From Vermamoeba vermiformis (taxonomy: Eukaryota): a DNA stretch of 64,000 bases. The translations under genes and the position numbers were made by a program. The notes beneath the pieces were generated by a model that made no database searches, had not been told where the DNA came from, and was given only the letters and a program-made list of their open reading frames with translations. Positions 13,125 to 27,436 of this stretch are shown piece by piece (position 1 is the stretch's first letter; every line of letters starts with the position of its first letter). The DNA is taken from contig JBEWZL010000030.1 of NCBI GenBank assembly GCA_045837725.1, positions 434,001-498,000 of the forward strand, given 5' to 3'.

Positions 13125-15976
13125 ATGTTATCATCAGAGTACTACGCGCATAATGGTGCGTATAGAATACAATTACAGCAGGAAGATTGATACATCCGAA
13201 TTATAATTTAAATCTTATCAACTTGAAATTTTGTTCTAATAATCCATAATCCAATCAGTAATACGTTTACAATGATATCATAATATCAATAATTTAATTA
13301 TTACATCGGAATAATACTTACAGTTTTGATTTTAATTAATTTCGAATCAGATGGGTTTGGCGAACCTTTTGATAATGGAAATTTAATACACAATACGCTA
13401 CTCGCCGAAGGTGCAGATACACTTAATGGACACTATGCAGTGATGGACTCAGGAGGATCATACTCCGACTCGCCTGATGGTTCACCGACTGATAACGGAA
13501 CACCGCCTGGCGCAGGCCTTGCAGGGTAAGTGCCTAGTCAAACAATTTCATATACCACTATAATATGATATGGCGCGAGCCAGCACGCGTTTGTGAACTG
13601 CAAGTGCAATTGCGCCTGACTACCAAATCTGGTTCAAACTCCGATCAACTTGTGTTTCGTATTATGAACGCACTAAACTCATATTATCTTTATAGCTATG
13701 CCAGATCATCGTCTCGCTCTAATAGCGGTACTTTTGAAATGACCGTAATCTTGCTACATAAACCGCGAGGATCGAAAGGTGTTTGGGAGAAAGTTTTGGA
13801 TGGAGACGTTCTGCGAGTAACTAGGGTAAGAATTTATTTTGTGCCACTCGTATTATACAAAAATAGTTCAATATTTGCAAAGCCGAATGTTTTTTTTGGT
13901 TTTGGATTCAAATCTTACTCGCGGAATTTCTATCTTTGGTACGCTCAAAGCCGCTTTAATTATTGTCAGCGGTGAAAAATGCGCTACTAAACTGTTTACA
14001 ATTTACTTATTTGAGGTTTTTAACTAACGCACGTGCCTTTGTAGGAGAAAGGAAAACGACTCAAATTACAATGCAGAAGCGAATTTCCATTCGATTATAA
14101 CAACGTTAGCATCTATGTCGTAGATTTGGTTAATATGGAAGTCTGCAATGACGGCGTTACGGTAGAGGTAAGTATCAACCGGCTGAATCCAGTTTAAAAT
14201 TTTTAATTTGTGTCAACTCCTGACAATTTACTTTGAGCCATATAAGTGTTCAGTATCTTGTGCGATATTCGGGCAAATGATTCTGCATTTATTTGCAAAA
14301 CAATTTAAATTTTCCTTTTATGGTCAAGTTAAAAATAGGGATTTAACCTTCCTTTCATGAACAGAAAGTGACGGCTGATACTACTTCGCAACCCGAGTTC
14401 GTTATTGAAATGGAGATCAAGCTCTTCGTTGCTCGCAAGCGAATTCAACTCACTGTTCAAGCGCCCTTGCGCAACGAGGAAGGAGAAATTGCCGGTCGCA
14501 CGATCCAATTCAAAACTACCAGCAGTGGTGGTGCTATGAAGTAAGTGACCGATCAATACTAGTACCAAGTTCATAAGTCTAACGAACGCTGTAGGCCGAT
14601 GTCACCAGCTAATGACAGCGAGCACAACGGATCGGATCAAGATGCCTCACCGACCCATGTGCCTAACTACGGTAGAGAGATGCCTCCTCTTCCTCTGCCT
14701 CCTGCCAAGCGCAGACGTGTGGATTCACCGCCTTCTAAGACTGAGCCTGACCGCGAGCCTGGTTACACAAGCGCTCACATGAAAGAGGAGCACGCGATCT
14801 CAAACCAAGCACCTATCCCGCCTCAAATGGCCCATCAAGCACAGCCGCAACATTATTATAACGCTCAGTCAAATGCTATGGACATGAGCAGCACTAGCGT
14901 TGTTCCCACAATGCCGAATCCAGTTCCCAACCAACATGTCATGAACAGTTATAGTGCCCCTCCCCCTCAACCCGCTGTTAATCCTATGCACTATAGCATC
15001 GAAGCACAGCCCGTTACAGTTGTTCCTAACAGTTTGGACGTCCGCGGCGCCGTTCGAGCGAAAGCTTTCTACCAACTCAGTGACATCCGACTGAAGTTTG
15101 ACGTGGAAGAAATCGTCGATGCCTTGACTATTGTGTCTAACTTGGAAGGCAAGACATACAAGTGGAAGAACAACACACCCGAAAGCGAGGAGCACGGTGG
15201 CAAGCGCGTTATTGGTTTTATTGCGCAACAAGTACAAGAGGTCCTGCCTGAAGCTGTGCGCGAAGAAGAAGACGGCTATTTGGCCGTGAACTACGAGTCT
15301 ATGATTCCAGTGCTCGTAGAGGCCATGAAACAACACCTGCAAGAGTATCAGACAGACAAAATGGACTTCCAAGACCAACTGGATGATCTTCGCACCCAAT
15401 TGGATGAAGGCGCGAATAAGAGCGATGATATGCACAAATTTTTGAAGCACTTGCAGGAGCTGATGAAATCTAAGAAACTTACCTTCACATCTCCAAGACC
15501 GAAAGAATCGAAGAAGAGCAAGTTAAAGCGAATGTTATATAGCAAAAAGTTCCACATTGCAGGTGGTATTGTTGCCGGCCTATTCATTGCGGTCGGCTTG
15601 GCTTTGATTATCTTCAACAACGTCGTCAACTTGCCCGCGTTGAGTAAGTGTTACCCACGATAAATCTTTGTCCTATGCAGTACTAACGGTGTGAAACTTA
15701 GGCGGACAAACAGTTGCCAGTGCTATTCCTGTAGTTAACTTCCTTGGGGGTGCTTCAGCAAAGCCTCCAGCCGTAGGCAAACCTCCCACTGCCCCTTCAC
15801 CAACTACCCCGTCCAGCACGCCAACCACCACAGCCCCAGATGGATCTATCATCAGCGAACCAGCGTTAAATGATGTATATATTGCGTTGAATGTCGTTGG
15901 CAGTATTTTGCTGTGTCTTGGCATAGCGCTTGGTGTAACAGTAGTCGTTTTTTTCGTCAAAGCACGAAATCGTTAA
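13125..15976 (+). CDS. MYRF/MrfA-like membrane-tethered protein with Peptidase_S74 (intramolecular chaperone autoprocessing) domain, coiled coil and two TM helices
   Basis: AFYQL-SDIRLK (Ser codon 15079, Lys codon 15094), YKWK, IGFIAQQVQEVLPEAV, YLAVNYESMIPVLVEAMK. NLS-like PPAKRRR. TM segments FHIAGGIVAGLFIAVGLALIIF and VYIALNVVGSILLCLGIALGVTVVVFF. Seven exons reconstructed in frame. Confidence 0.8.
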
Positions 15977-16074
15977 TTATAGAATTGTACAAAGAATAAA
16001 ACCCTGTAATATAGCTTTTATTAACGAATATACAAGTCTTGTTGCGATTAGATGAAGGATACATCCATCCAATA

Positions 16075-18786
16075 TTAATCCAACTTAACATCTTTGTGGC
16101 GCCATAAATGCAGCAGATCTCGTAAGAAGGCTCGTTCAAATTTGTATCTAAAAGCATAAAGTGCATAAGTATCGTGCTATAATAAATATAACTAACGAAG
16201 ATACTGAAAGATACGTACACAGCGGCAATTGTGATCAAAAAACTCACTGCGCCGATGCCAATATGTGAGCTGCACTTGTAAAACGACGGAAATGGTTGAT
16301 TTTGATTACATAACTGTGACTCTGAGATGTACGTCACTATTGAAGCTAATGTAAACGTGATGAAAACACTCTTTGGTGGCACCAGATCCGCCAACAACGC
16401 GACTTTGTACTGCAATGAGAATAAGACATAATCGTCGGCAACATGTTTGAGTTTCCTATCTTTACCTTTGCAAAAAAATATTTGATGAATTCTACGCTGA
16501 ATATGATCCTCATGCCCATATCTGTTCAAATGGCGAATTAGTAAATTAAGAATTTAAACGTAATGAGGGAATAGCTCCAATTAAGGTAAGTCTCTATATG
16601 TTAGCGTATATTACGTACTAATGCAATTGGCGATGACTAAGCCGGAAGTTTCCATTACTTTGATCAAAAAGATGGCTGCACTGACGTAAACAATCGAAAA
16701 CAAGAGCATTAAGCGGTTAAATCGTTGGATCTGCTTTTTATCCGCCACAGAATGGGCAAACGCTTCGGTTATGCCTATAATAGTTATTTTGAGTTAATTT
16801 CTATAATTAGGTTCGAAAGATCTGTCAGATCTTCCCGAAGAGTTATTTTTACATTGCCGATAATTATGGCGCCTGTGATATTTTAGGTTACAATGATATA
16901 TATGTAGTTACCATTGACGCCCATGAACAGCACATATAAGCAGTACCACGATAGAACAGACGTGGCTGCCGAGTAACTGTAGTTACTTCCATAAAGCAGA
17001 TGTAGCAAGATGAACGAGTAATTAGGTCCAAATGCAACAAAATAGATACCTGTAGGTAAGTTTGTACAAGTTAGCGCCAATTCTTTTCAAAACTAATAGC
17101 GCAATGAGATCTATCAAGCGAAATCCTTACCGACATAGACAACCACTTTAAATAGTGTTCTGAATAATACTTGAGCCTTAAGTACGTCATTACGAGTCTC
17201 TTTTGCTTCTTCAGCTGTTTTAGAAGCAAGATCTGAGTATCGCGTACTGGATTGAATTCGAATCACATGTTTCTAATTATTACTTACCTTTTGTTTCAAC
17301 CGCATTAGTATTCGACAAAAGTTTTCCGAATACTTGATAGCAGACCTCTTCAATGGGTTGAAATAAAAATCGAGCCACGAGAGATCCTTTGCCAAAAGTG
17401 GTAAGTCTTGGATCTGGTTACAATTGTGAGCTTACCAAAGAAATTGACCACTCCAAATATGCCTTGGTTAACGAGACTAGTCACAGACTTTAATATGACC
17501 TTTTCGGCTTCTTGCAAGATCAACTTTTGAAACGATTGCCATAAGAAGCTGAGACTAAGGCCAACTAATTGAGGATCGAATATAGGACCTCTATTATTGC
17601 CAGATAACGTAGGCAATAACTGTTTAACTGAAGTAAGTTCTTTGTTCTTGCCTGACCAGATCTCGAGAACAAAGTGGCCGTAATACCCAACGATAAGCGT
17701 TAATGAGTATATTATCTGAGCGTATCCGAATGATATTAAGCTCATCTATATAAGGAAAGTAATTAGTCGCGCTTAAAATAAGTGAACTTTAGCGCCACAT
17801 CCAGACTCCAGTACAAAACTGCGTCTCCGAGCTGAAAAATATATTTCAATAAGACTAAAATACTTACGTTGAACGTATAGACTAGTACAAATGTAGTTAT
17901 GCACTTTAGAAAGACCGCAGAGGCCTCGACGCGTACTCGCACCGAGAACAGCATTGAGTTCTGCGCTAGAATATAACCTGGCTCACTAAGTACTTCTAAA
18001 AATGTAGCTATGCCTATAGTATGTCATTAAGACGTTAGCAGGGTTTGAAATCGAGATCTGGATCTTACAAGTTAAAACAACAGTTGCGAAGTAGTCTTCA
18101 GTGGCCTTTTCTTCTTGAGTGGCCATTAAAAAGAACATATAACAGACTATAGTCGATACTACAGCACCTAACGGCACGCTAAGCCATGCAACATTCAGTA
18201 CTTTTGAGATCTCGGATCTACGTGATAAAGTCAGTCTACCAGAGCTTACACCATTTTACGAGAATCATATGATACTAATAATAATATACATTAAGAGGTT
18301 TGATGGAGTTCTTACCGTTTAATGTTGCCTTGGTCTGAGGATCTGCCGCAAGCTTTCCTGAAAGCCTCTCGTGATAAAAACAAGATCATATTGAGCAATA
18401 GTTGTAATTGTACATTAGAGACCTATATAATAAATAAGAGTAACAATTTAGCATTAAAATAACGGGAATGAAAATCCAGATCTACTTACGCCGATGATTG
18501 ATTGCGGTAGTTTCTTGGTAATTAATATATTTAATCCAAATGTAAGACCTCTTGATATGAGTTGAAGGCCTATTAAAACGGCATACAGTTATGTAAGTGA
18601 CACGTCAACAAAAAATAAACAAAAAATTCCAATTTGCATAGAAATTGCATAATGTGGCTGATAATTATATAATATCGATTATACAACTATAATCTAAATT
18701 TAGAAAATAAATTGAAGCAACTTACCGACAAGTGCACGGATCCCGCTAACACCTTTCCCCACAATGTTGCTTTGCTCCGCACTCAT
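16075..18786 (-). CDS. RFT1: RFT1 (Man5GlcNAc2-PP-dolichol translocation protein), multi-exon
   Basis: LQLISRGLTFGLN, ILFLSREAFRKAC, QSFQKLILQEAEK, GSLVARFLFQPIEE, YCLYVLFMGVNGITEAFAH. Confidence 0.93.
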
Positions 18787-19411
18787 TTGCTATGCTTTAT
18801 CAATAACTATTTATCCTGCTAGTGACTGGCCATCACACTGATATTTATTGGAATTGGTGTCGTTCTGAGGACGTGGCTGAAAAACTAGTTTCCGGCCACA
18901 AAAAATTTCACGCGAAAGCGTTTGATGACGTGTGGTGCAGATGACCTGTCTCTCACACGTTTCGAGCGGATCTGCCGCTAATCGTCGAGGGTTTCGCATA
19001 CCACTCATATTGTCTAGCTAATTTAACGCTTGACAACAATGTCCGGAGAACCCGCGTACGTAGGCAAAACTCAAAGTTATTGTTTATTGACTAATACGTT
19101 GGCCAGTTATTGATCGGACATCACGATCAACACGAACCATCCTCATCAGACTCATGAGTCTCAACACAAAAACGATACATTAGATCAACGCAGTTACAAG
19201 CGTATGATAATGATTGAAAGCTTACAAACCAGACAGAACTGCTCGTGCATTTTGGTTTTTTTAACAATGAGCCACGCCTTTCAGCCTGCCTCACTGATAA
19301 TTTTATTCATGAACCAGAAACAAGTCAATAAGAGCTATTTATAGTATTGCAAATCATAATAAAACAAATGGTCGTGAAGTTTGAACGCGGCCGTTCTTAT
19401 AAGACTGGTGC

Positions 19412-21760
19412 TTATTCAGAGTCAGAATCGGCGTTCCTGTAAACAATGCTATTAATACTCTGGCCTATAATAAGTGTAATTTTAATAGGACTTACTTGAG
19501 CCATTCAATGAAAGGCTGAGCGGCCTTGCGGATCTTGGCCGAGGCTTCAGGATCAAACTTCTTGTTGGGGTGGTCGTTCCACTTAAGAAGGATCTCTATA
19601 TAAAGCAAAAAATCGCGTTAGATTCGCTTGTTTCACAACGTTAAATTAATTTTAAATTTATCATCACGGAAATTACGTCCGAATTATTTTCGTTAAAGTT
19701 AGGAAAAAATAAAATCGTCCCAATAAATCGTAGGATTATATTAATTGCGAAATATATGAAACAACTTTCGTACCTTCTTCGAGAACTTCAGCGTCGTAAA
19801 GCGCGTTCAAGACAGTGGGCAGTTTGGGCAAGACAGTCGGTTCACCCACGCACAACTTTTCAATGCACAACATGACAATCTTTTGGCGCATTTCGTCAGT
19901 CACAAACTGCGAGTAAGACCATGTTAGTATACGATTTACTATAGTCCTAAGCGATGGCAAAGACGTACCTTGGCCAAGATCGAGGCACGAGTCTTGAGCT
20001 GATCAACGATGTTCTTGTCAAACAACGAGAAGAACACACCTTGGACGAAGGTTCTGTCGCTCCAGCCCTCGCGTTCTTGGATGGCCTTAGCCTTGGCAAT
20101 ACTGGCCTTGGCGTTGGTCTTGTCGATCTTGGTCACGATCTCAGCCAACTCATCAGCAGCATCTACATGAAAACAACATTAATAAGCTGCATATAATAGT
20201 AACATAAAAGTGTTGTTATCGCTTCAGAATTGCTCTACGCAGATCTGTTGATGAAAAAAATTTACTCCGGATGTACCAATTTTCGGGACCGATGCGACGT
20301 TGATATATGATTGAATTATATAAGAGCCATATAACTTACCCTTGACCTTGGGCTTCTCTTCAGCAGGCTTTTCGCTGATGTTCAAATCGTTCTGCACGAG
20401 GCTGGCAAGTTGGGTAGTTCCATCACCCAACAACTCGCGACGACGTCTCTCCACGGCCTCTTTAGAAGTGTCAGTGGACCACTGCACGTCATCCTCTTCG
20501 TCCTTGGGCGAGGCCTTGACCTCGTTGGTGTTGCCGTTCTCTTCGGGCTTGTCGTCACCGCTGTCACCATTTTGGTCATCGCCGTTCTCACCGTTCTGGT
20601 CCTTGTTCTTCTCAGCGCGGCGTTGGGCCTTGGTCTTGGCAGGCTCGTCTTTCTTCTTGTCTCTATTCAATTACGATATTATTAGTAAATTTATCGTGAT
20701 ACGAAAAAACTTCTCGTTTCTGGGTTGCATCCAGAATTCCTAAAATTTGCATATACAGTGATTTTACAACGTAAAAATGCTGCTCTTCAATTAAACCAAT
20801 TATAAAAATGAAAATGTAATCATAATTCGTAAAAATAAGTTTTTTGCGATCCGATCGGATGCGCGAGGTCTGGTTATCATAGTAATTGTCGTATCTAGTA
20901 CATACTGAGTGGGAGGGTTCTTAACGATGAATGAAGTCAATTTGTGAGCCAAGTCAGTGCGAGTGACAGTACCACAGGCTTTGCAGACCAAGTCAACTTC
21001 ACCCTTAGGAGTGATCTTGATCACGGTTTCAGGGTTTTGATCTTGCTTGCACAAAACGAACTTCTCAATGAATCCGTCCAAAAGCTGCAAATATCATTCG
21101 ATTAATGCCGGATCCAAGCAGTTTAACAGAATTATCATAAAAAAATTTTCGTTTTGTGACCGTTGAATGGAGATCAGCCATAGAAAATGTTGTAATATTC
21201 ATGTAAAATATTAAGACTATACTTACAGTTGCAAGAGACTCGGCAGAGTGGCTTCCGTTAACAACGTAACGATCCTTTTCGATCTTAGTTTGAGCTCCAA
21301 GTTCGAATCCAAAATACTTGGTTGGGTCTAAAATTTAATTAATTAATACGACGTCACTACCATGTATTGAAGTGATCGTTATGGTATGAAAATTGAGCAT
21401 AAATTGTGGATAGAAAAAATAAATTGAGATCGAGAAGATGCCGGGAATGAATACACGTTGTAAAAAGGGTTCGGAAAAATCACATAATAATATAAATATT
21501 ACTGGCTTATAGTACTTACATGATGGAGGTCGGTCAAGACATTTTGCAATGTCGGCCATGTTCGTGATCACAGTCTTTATACCATTACCGCGGCCTTCGA
21601 TCTAATCGCATCAAAGCATTAATTATGAGAAAAATAGGGGTAATATAATAGATTTATATATATTTACCTTTGCTTGCAGAACAGGCATCCAGTATCTGAA
21701 GTGAGGATCTTGGATACCTCTGGGGATAGTAACTTTTCCTTCGTTCTTCTTACTCGCCAT
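19412..21760 (-). CDS. EIF5: Translation initiation factor 5
   Basis: [44 protein letters not shown], and a C-terminal W2 domain ([20 protein letters not shown]). Confidence 0.97.
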
Positions 21761-22249
21761 TTTGATTGTGTAGTCGTTGTATTAAATTAGATTTTAGTTT
21801 CGGTGTAGTTGGTACGTTTTATGTCAGGTGAAAACGGAATCGATCTGATTTGCAATAATTTTCGATGGTTGTGATAATAAAAATGCATGTAACGCGATAT
21901 TCGTAGGGATGTATCTGTTGATGGACAACAGTGTTTTGTGTTGCGTTGTTTGTGCTTTTGGTTGAAATAATTGAGTTCGCTTGACAAAACTGAACCTTTT
22001 GTGCATAAAAATTGGACCAATCAGATAACAGCTCGTTAAAATTGATAAAATGTAGCGCCTTAGCCATAACCTCTCCACTTTACTATAGAGCTGTCAGACA
22101 AGGATCGGCAAGGGTCCCTTCTGATTTCAACTGAAAAGTCAGGATTTTTCAGGATCCAGACAGAACGATTAAACTGCGCGCGAATTCATTTAACTTTTAT
22201 ATTTATTGAATAGGCTGTACAACATTAACGTTAACCAGGTTAACAAAAT

Positions 22250-25200
22250 TTAAAGCTTGGCGTAAGCGGGAGGATCCAACTTTCGCTTGATCAGTTTGCC
22301 AAGGTAGACAGGCAAGCAGCTGATCGCAGTAATAACAAATACTCTCCAAATAAAGCCCCAGCTAGTAATGAAGGTAATATCTACGAGATAGTGTGTTAGT
22401 ATTCAGGCTGATTGATAAAAAGCACTATTGTTGAGCGTCAGATCTCGATCCGGTACTTACCGAAATATGATCTCAAAACAATCATACTGACTACGTAGAT
22501 GATAATAGTAGCCACCTCAGAAATGATCATCACCAAGTGCCATTTGTGGACTTCAAAGGCGACGTTCAACAACTCGGTCAAGATCAGGGTTGTGAATGTG
22601 ATAGAGACGATGTTCAAGAACGAGTCCTCGAACAAGAAGATCGCCAACAACATAATAACACCTCCCTGGTAGATGCTCTGGAACACCCAAATGAAGAACG
22701 ACTTGTACGACAAAGCACGGCCCTTTTGAAGTTCTTGATAGAGCTCGGGGTATTTGAAGGCCTTATCTTCGTCAATGTCTTCGTCAAGCACCAATGAGAA
22801 CACAGGGAACATAGTGTACCACAAGGAGTAACCAACGACCAACCAGCCCTAGAATCAATATCATTAGAACTTGAGATCTGACTGTTTCTATTGATGTTCC
22901 TTACGTTGTAAACAGCGACGGCGACAAAGAAGAAGATTGAAGAGAAAATGGCTTGAATGACTGAAATGATCAGACCTCTGTGAATAACGAAATTTCCCAA
23001 TCGAGCTGATCGTTTGTACGAGTTACGGCCGTGCCACACTACCAAAAAATGTTAGTTTTGACACGTGTCACATGGTCGTTATGAAGAACTTACGCATCAA
23101 ACGAGAGATGTAGCTGAATTGCAAGATGGAGAAGTCAGCAGCAAGCGAGGCTTGTTTGCCTTCTTTGCCGACAATACCGAGACCAACATCAGCAGCTTGA
23201 ATCATGCTCACGTCATTGCCTCCGTCACCAATGGCAGCAGTTTGTTTTTGAGTGTAGTTCTTGATCAATTTGACAATTTCGGCCTTTTGAGTCGGCGAGC
23301 AACGGCAGCACACGACAGCAGGAGCCTTGCAAGAAATCTTTGCAAACATTTCGCGGTAGTTGTCGAGGCAGATCTGCAACGAGTTACCGTCGATGATCAA
23401 ACAGCAGTCCTTCTTGCTAGCGAAGATGTTCAATTGAGTATAGGCCTCTTGCTTCTCTTTAACAACGAAAGAATGAATGTCCTAAATAAAATAATTAGAA
23501 TAAACAGTAATATTGTAAAATCATTAGCGGGCACGTACTTGTTTCTTGGAAATCAAACCAGCGCTAATAGCAATGCAAGTAGCAGTTTCAATCTTGTCAC
23601 CAGTCAACATCCAAATCTTCAGACCGGCATTGCGCAACATTTCAAGGGTCTGTTGAACGCCAGGTTGCAATTTGTCTTCAACACCAGTGAGACCAATCAA
23701 CTCGAGGTTCTCTTCCAATGTCTCAATAACAGCTTGCACATTGGCAGCACGGTTTTGAATGGTGGTCTTGGCCTTAGTCAAACGAGCAGAGAAGTCTTCG
23801 TACTCTTCTTCAGTCAAGTCTTTCTTGCCAAAGACGAGCGTGCGCAGACCTTCGCGGGCCATGTTGCCGCACTCTTCTTCGAGCCAGTCATTTGCTTGAA
23901 CAATGCGTGCCATGACAGCATCAGCACCCTTCATGTAGAAGGTAATGGTGTTCGTCTTAGTGTCCTTGACAATGATGCCCATACGCTTAGTTTCGGAAGT
24001 GAACGGGAACACGTTCAAAATCTCGTAATCCTAAAGTACACACATTAGTGGCCTGTTGCCGCAGTACTAACGAGAAGGTGGCACTTACGAGGAACTCGCC
24101 AATAGGATTCTTCAAAGTCATAGTGTGCAACGAGCGCTTGTACAAAGTCATGCCGACAGACTCGGTGAACTTGACCAACGCAACCTCGTCAGGGCTGCTA
24201 GCTTGGTACTCGAGCTTGCCGTGCTCGTCCATGTTAGGAGTGACATTGTGAGCCAAAGCAATCGCAGTGATGGCTGACAAAGTACGTTGCGAAGCAGAGC
24301 GGCGTTGTTTGTTGTCAACTAAAAGCGAAATATCATTAAAATTACCGTCACTACGAGAACAATAGTTTTAACCTACCGAAGATGCCAGAGTTCTCGCGGC
24401 CAGTGTAAGCGTTCTCCAAGTTGTTTTCAAGCTCGTCGATGGTGTTGTCAGTGAAGGCAATGCTACCAAGGTTCAATCGCTTGAAAATCATTTCGTTCTG
24501 AGTGAGCGTGCCAGTCTTGTCGGACATCAAGTAGCTGATTCGACCGAGTTCTTCAGGGATGGTACTCGTTCTCACAATAGTGCCAGCGATCTTGTTGTCA
24601 CGCATAATCCACCACGAGTAAAGTGTCTTACCCATATCCAAGTTGACACGAAGACTATACTCACGTTAATAACGAATTTCATGCAATAAACATCAGTTGT
24701 TATGACGTACCTGATGGGAATGATGGATGAAAAGAGCAACACGAAGCGGAAGAAAATAATGAACCAAGCACCGTGGAACTTGTTCAATGCGACCAACAAG
24801 AAGGCAAGCACGACCAATAAACCGAACAAGACCTTTGAAAGCTTGTTCAACTCTTGATCGAGCAATCCGACCTTGGTCTGAGGCTGACTTGTGTTCATGA
24901 CACTGCGCGTGTCAGCACCGGTGTAAATGGCGAGACCAATCACTGTGCCTGAGGCCACGACGGTGTTCATCCACATGGTGTTTTCGACGCTCAACGGTTC
25001 AACTTGTTGCTGCAAATGAACGAGACATTAGCACTAGACAAACATAAAAATATTATCGTATTGAGGCTAGCGTTATCTTTTCTTACCTTATTGTCGCCGT
25101 AGAATCGAGTGAAGTTACCAATAAAGTTGTAAATATCCTTCTTGGGCTTCTCGACATAAACACTCGCGCGGATCTTCAACAAACTGTCGTCTGAAGGTAA

Positions 25201-26571
25201 CTTGTGGCAGCTCGGAACAGCACGACTATGGTACCATTATGGTTAGCTCGGCAGTCTTAATGTATTGCAACGACTTACCGCAACTTCCAATCAGTCTCAC
25301 CGTCCAATTGATCGGTACGAATGAACGACGCACCAGCCTTCTCGCTTGTCTTGAGCAACAACAAATCAGCAGGCACCTATCGGTATATATAAGCACTGTA
25401 TAAGAGAGTAGTAATAACGTATATAGGACGTACACGTTGGTTAGTGTTGACGCGGATCAGATCTCCAACTTGAATGTCAGAGCTGGGAATGGAGACAAAT
25501 CCACCGAGCGTCAATTTCTCGTACATTTGACTGTTGGCTTCTTTGTCTCGCTTGTATCGTTTGTAATCGTCATAAGCTTCTTTCGTGATAGTTACTAACA
25601 ACACAAAAACGAGGGGTGACACGTAAGTGAACAAATAGCCTAAGGGAGCGTAATAGTTAGTATGAGAGCTAGTGAATTATTTTCGAAGAATTTTCTTACC
25701 GATTTTCAACACGGGGATAAATTGAGACAAGGCGACCAATAAGAAGTACAAATTGAAGAAAAATTTGAATTGTTCGTACAAAATAACAAACAAGAAGGTC
25801 ACACGGGCTATATTAAATCATATTAGTATCCACATAATCCTAGATATCGACATTTCGATGCTAATTTCTACATTTTAGCGCAATTCCCGCTCCGAAGAAC
25901 AAAAATTCGAAATTTTGTTAGTAATTACGACTTACTTGTATTTTTGATTTCTGATCACGTTTTGAGCCAATTTAGTTTCGTCCGTAACGACATTAGCTTT
26001 GCCTAATTGCAGCTCAATAGTCCTATTTTAATAACGAATTTTCGAATTAGAATTTTTTGAATTATTTGTCTAAATAGGGTTATTATAATCATACCTTGAA
26101 TAGTAGACCTTGCGTTTTCTGCATGCGCACATGACACGCTTAATTTTTTCTTTCCAAGTCGCTGGAGGCGCATCTACTTCTTCGACATCCTCTTTCTCGT
26201 GCACCAGAGAATTGTCTTGCGATTCATCAAGATTGTCGCCGTCTTCATCTAATGCAACTTGGTTCTCGTCATCTTTGCGTGGATCGCCCACGCCAATATA
26301 TTCCTTAAGCAAAAACATAAAAATCAGAAATTATTATTTTTCGTAGATAATTTAGAATTCGCAAGTGAGGCATGATATAAAATGAGTTATTGTAGTAAAG
26401 ATAATTTTAGTATTATTTGCAAATAAGAAAAATTATTCTTACCACATCTGAACCAGATCCTCCAGCACCGTGTTCTATTTCATGATCTTCTTCAATAATT
26501 AACGATTCTGAATAATTATTATTTCTAATAACATTCAAAGGCTGGTCTTTAATCTTCTTTCTATCAGCCAT
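22250..26571 (-). CDS. ATP9: P4-type phospholipid-transporting ATPase, ATP9/Neo1 class (apparent 1-nt frameshift at ~25804)
   Basis: [65 protein letters not shown]. Confidence 0.95.
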
Positions 26572-26816
26572 TTGATAATCAATCGATCTTCAGTCCCAAT
26601 TAATTATCGCTCTGGATCTTCGGTATTTTACGGTTCTACCTCTTTGAAGATAAATAATAGTGATTGTATATCAATATAAATATGTCGGGCTTGTATGGAT
26701 CTCAAAGCCAACGGCAAAACACAATAAATCGAAAAACGAAAAAAAATAATTTGGCTTGAATTTTGCCGGCCACAAAAATCTTCTATTTGCTTAGTTTACT
26801 ACTATACAATACAACA

Positions 26817-27436
26817 CTAGGGTTTATATGCGATTGTTTCATTTAGCTCGCCGATCACAAAGGTACCGTTTGTGGATTGAGTCAGATACCGCTCAATGAA
26901 GACTTGGATCGCAGCAGTTATAGGCACATTGTCACCTGCATTAATGAATAAGGCGGGTCCTTGTGATTTGATCGAGATAGTATTTGATTGGACGCCTCCT
27001 TTGTTTTCGGTAGGTAGATTGAAGTGTTTGTAAATCAGCTCGCTAAATCCAACCTAAAAATTATTATTATAATATTAAATATGAATATTAATGGTGAAAA
27101 TTTTACGTAATAATAACTTACGACAACGGGGATCCTAGATTGCGTCGCATTAAAGTCTTGATGAAATGACACGTTTCTAAGCCATACTACGTCCTTTACC
27201 GGATGAAATATACGACCTATAAATTAATTTCATATTAATAAAGATAAATAAGGAACAAAGTTACAATTTTTCATTCTTTCGATCTGGATGTAGAGCTCGT
27301 TACCTGATATCTTAGTGATGTGTTCGATAAGTAATTCAATTGCTTTATCATTTTCTTCGTTGCCATCGATAGGCGATATAATACAATGCGTTGTTGGTTT
27401 GAACACCAACCCAAATAATTCAATGCTGTTACTCAT
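26817..27436 (-). CDS. Hypothetical protein, 3 exons
   Basis: ATG at 27436, plausible GT-AG introns and stop at 26817-26819. No recognised motif. Confidence 0.5.
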
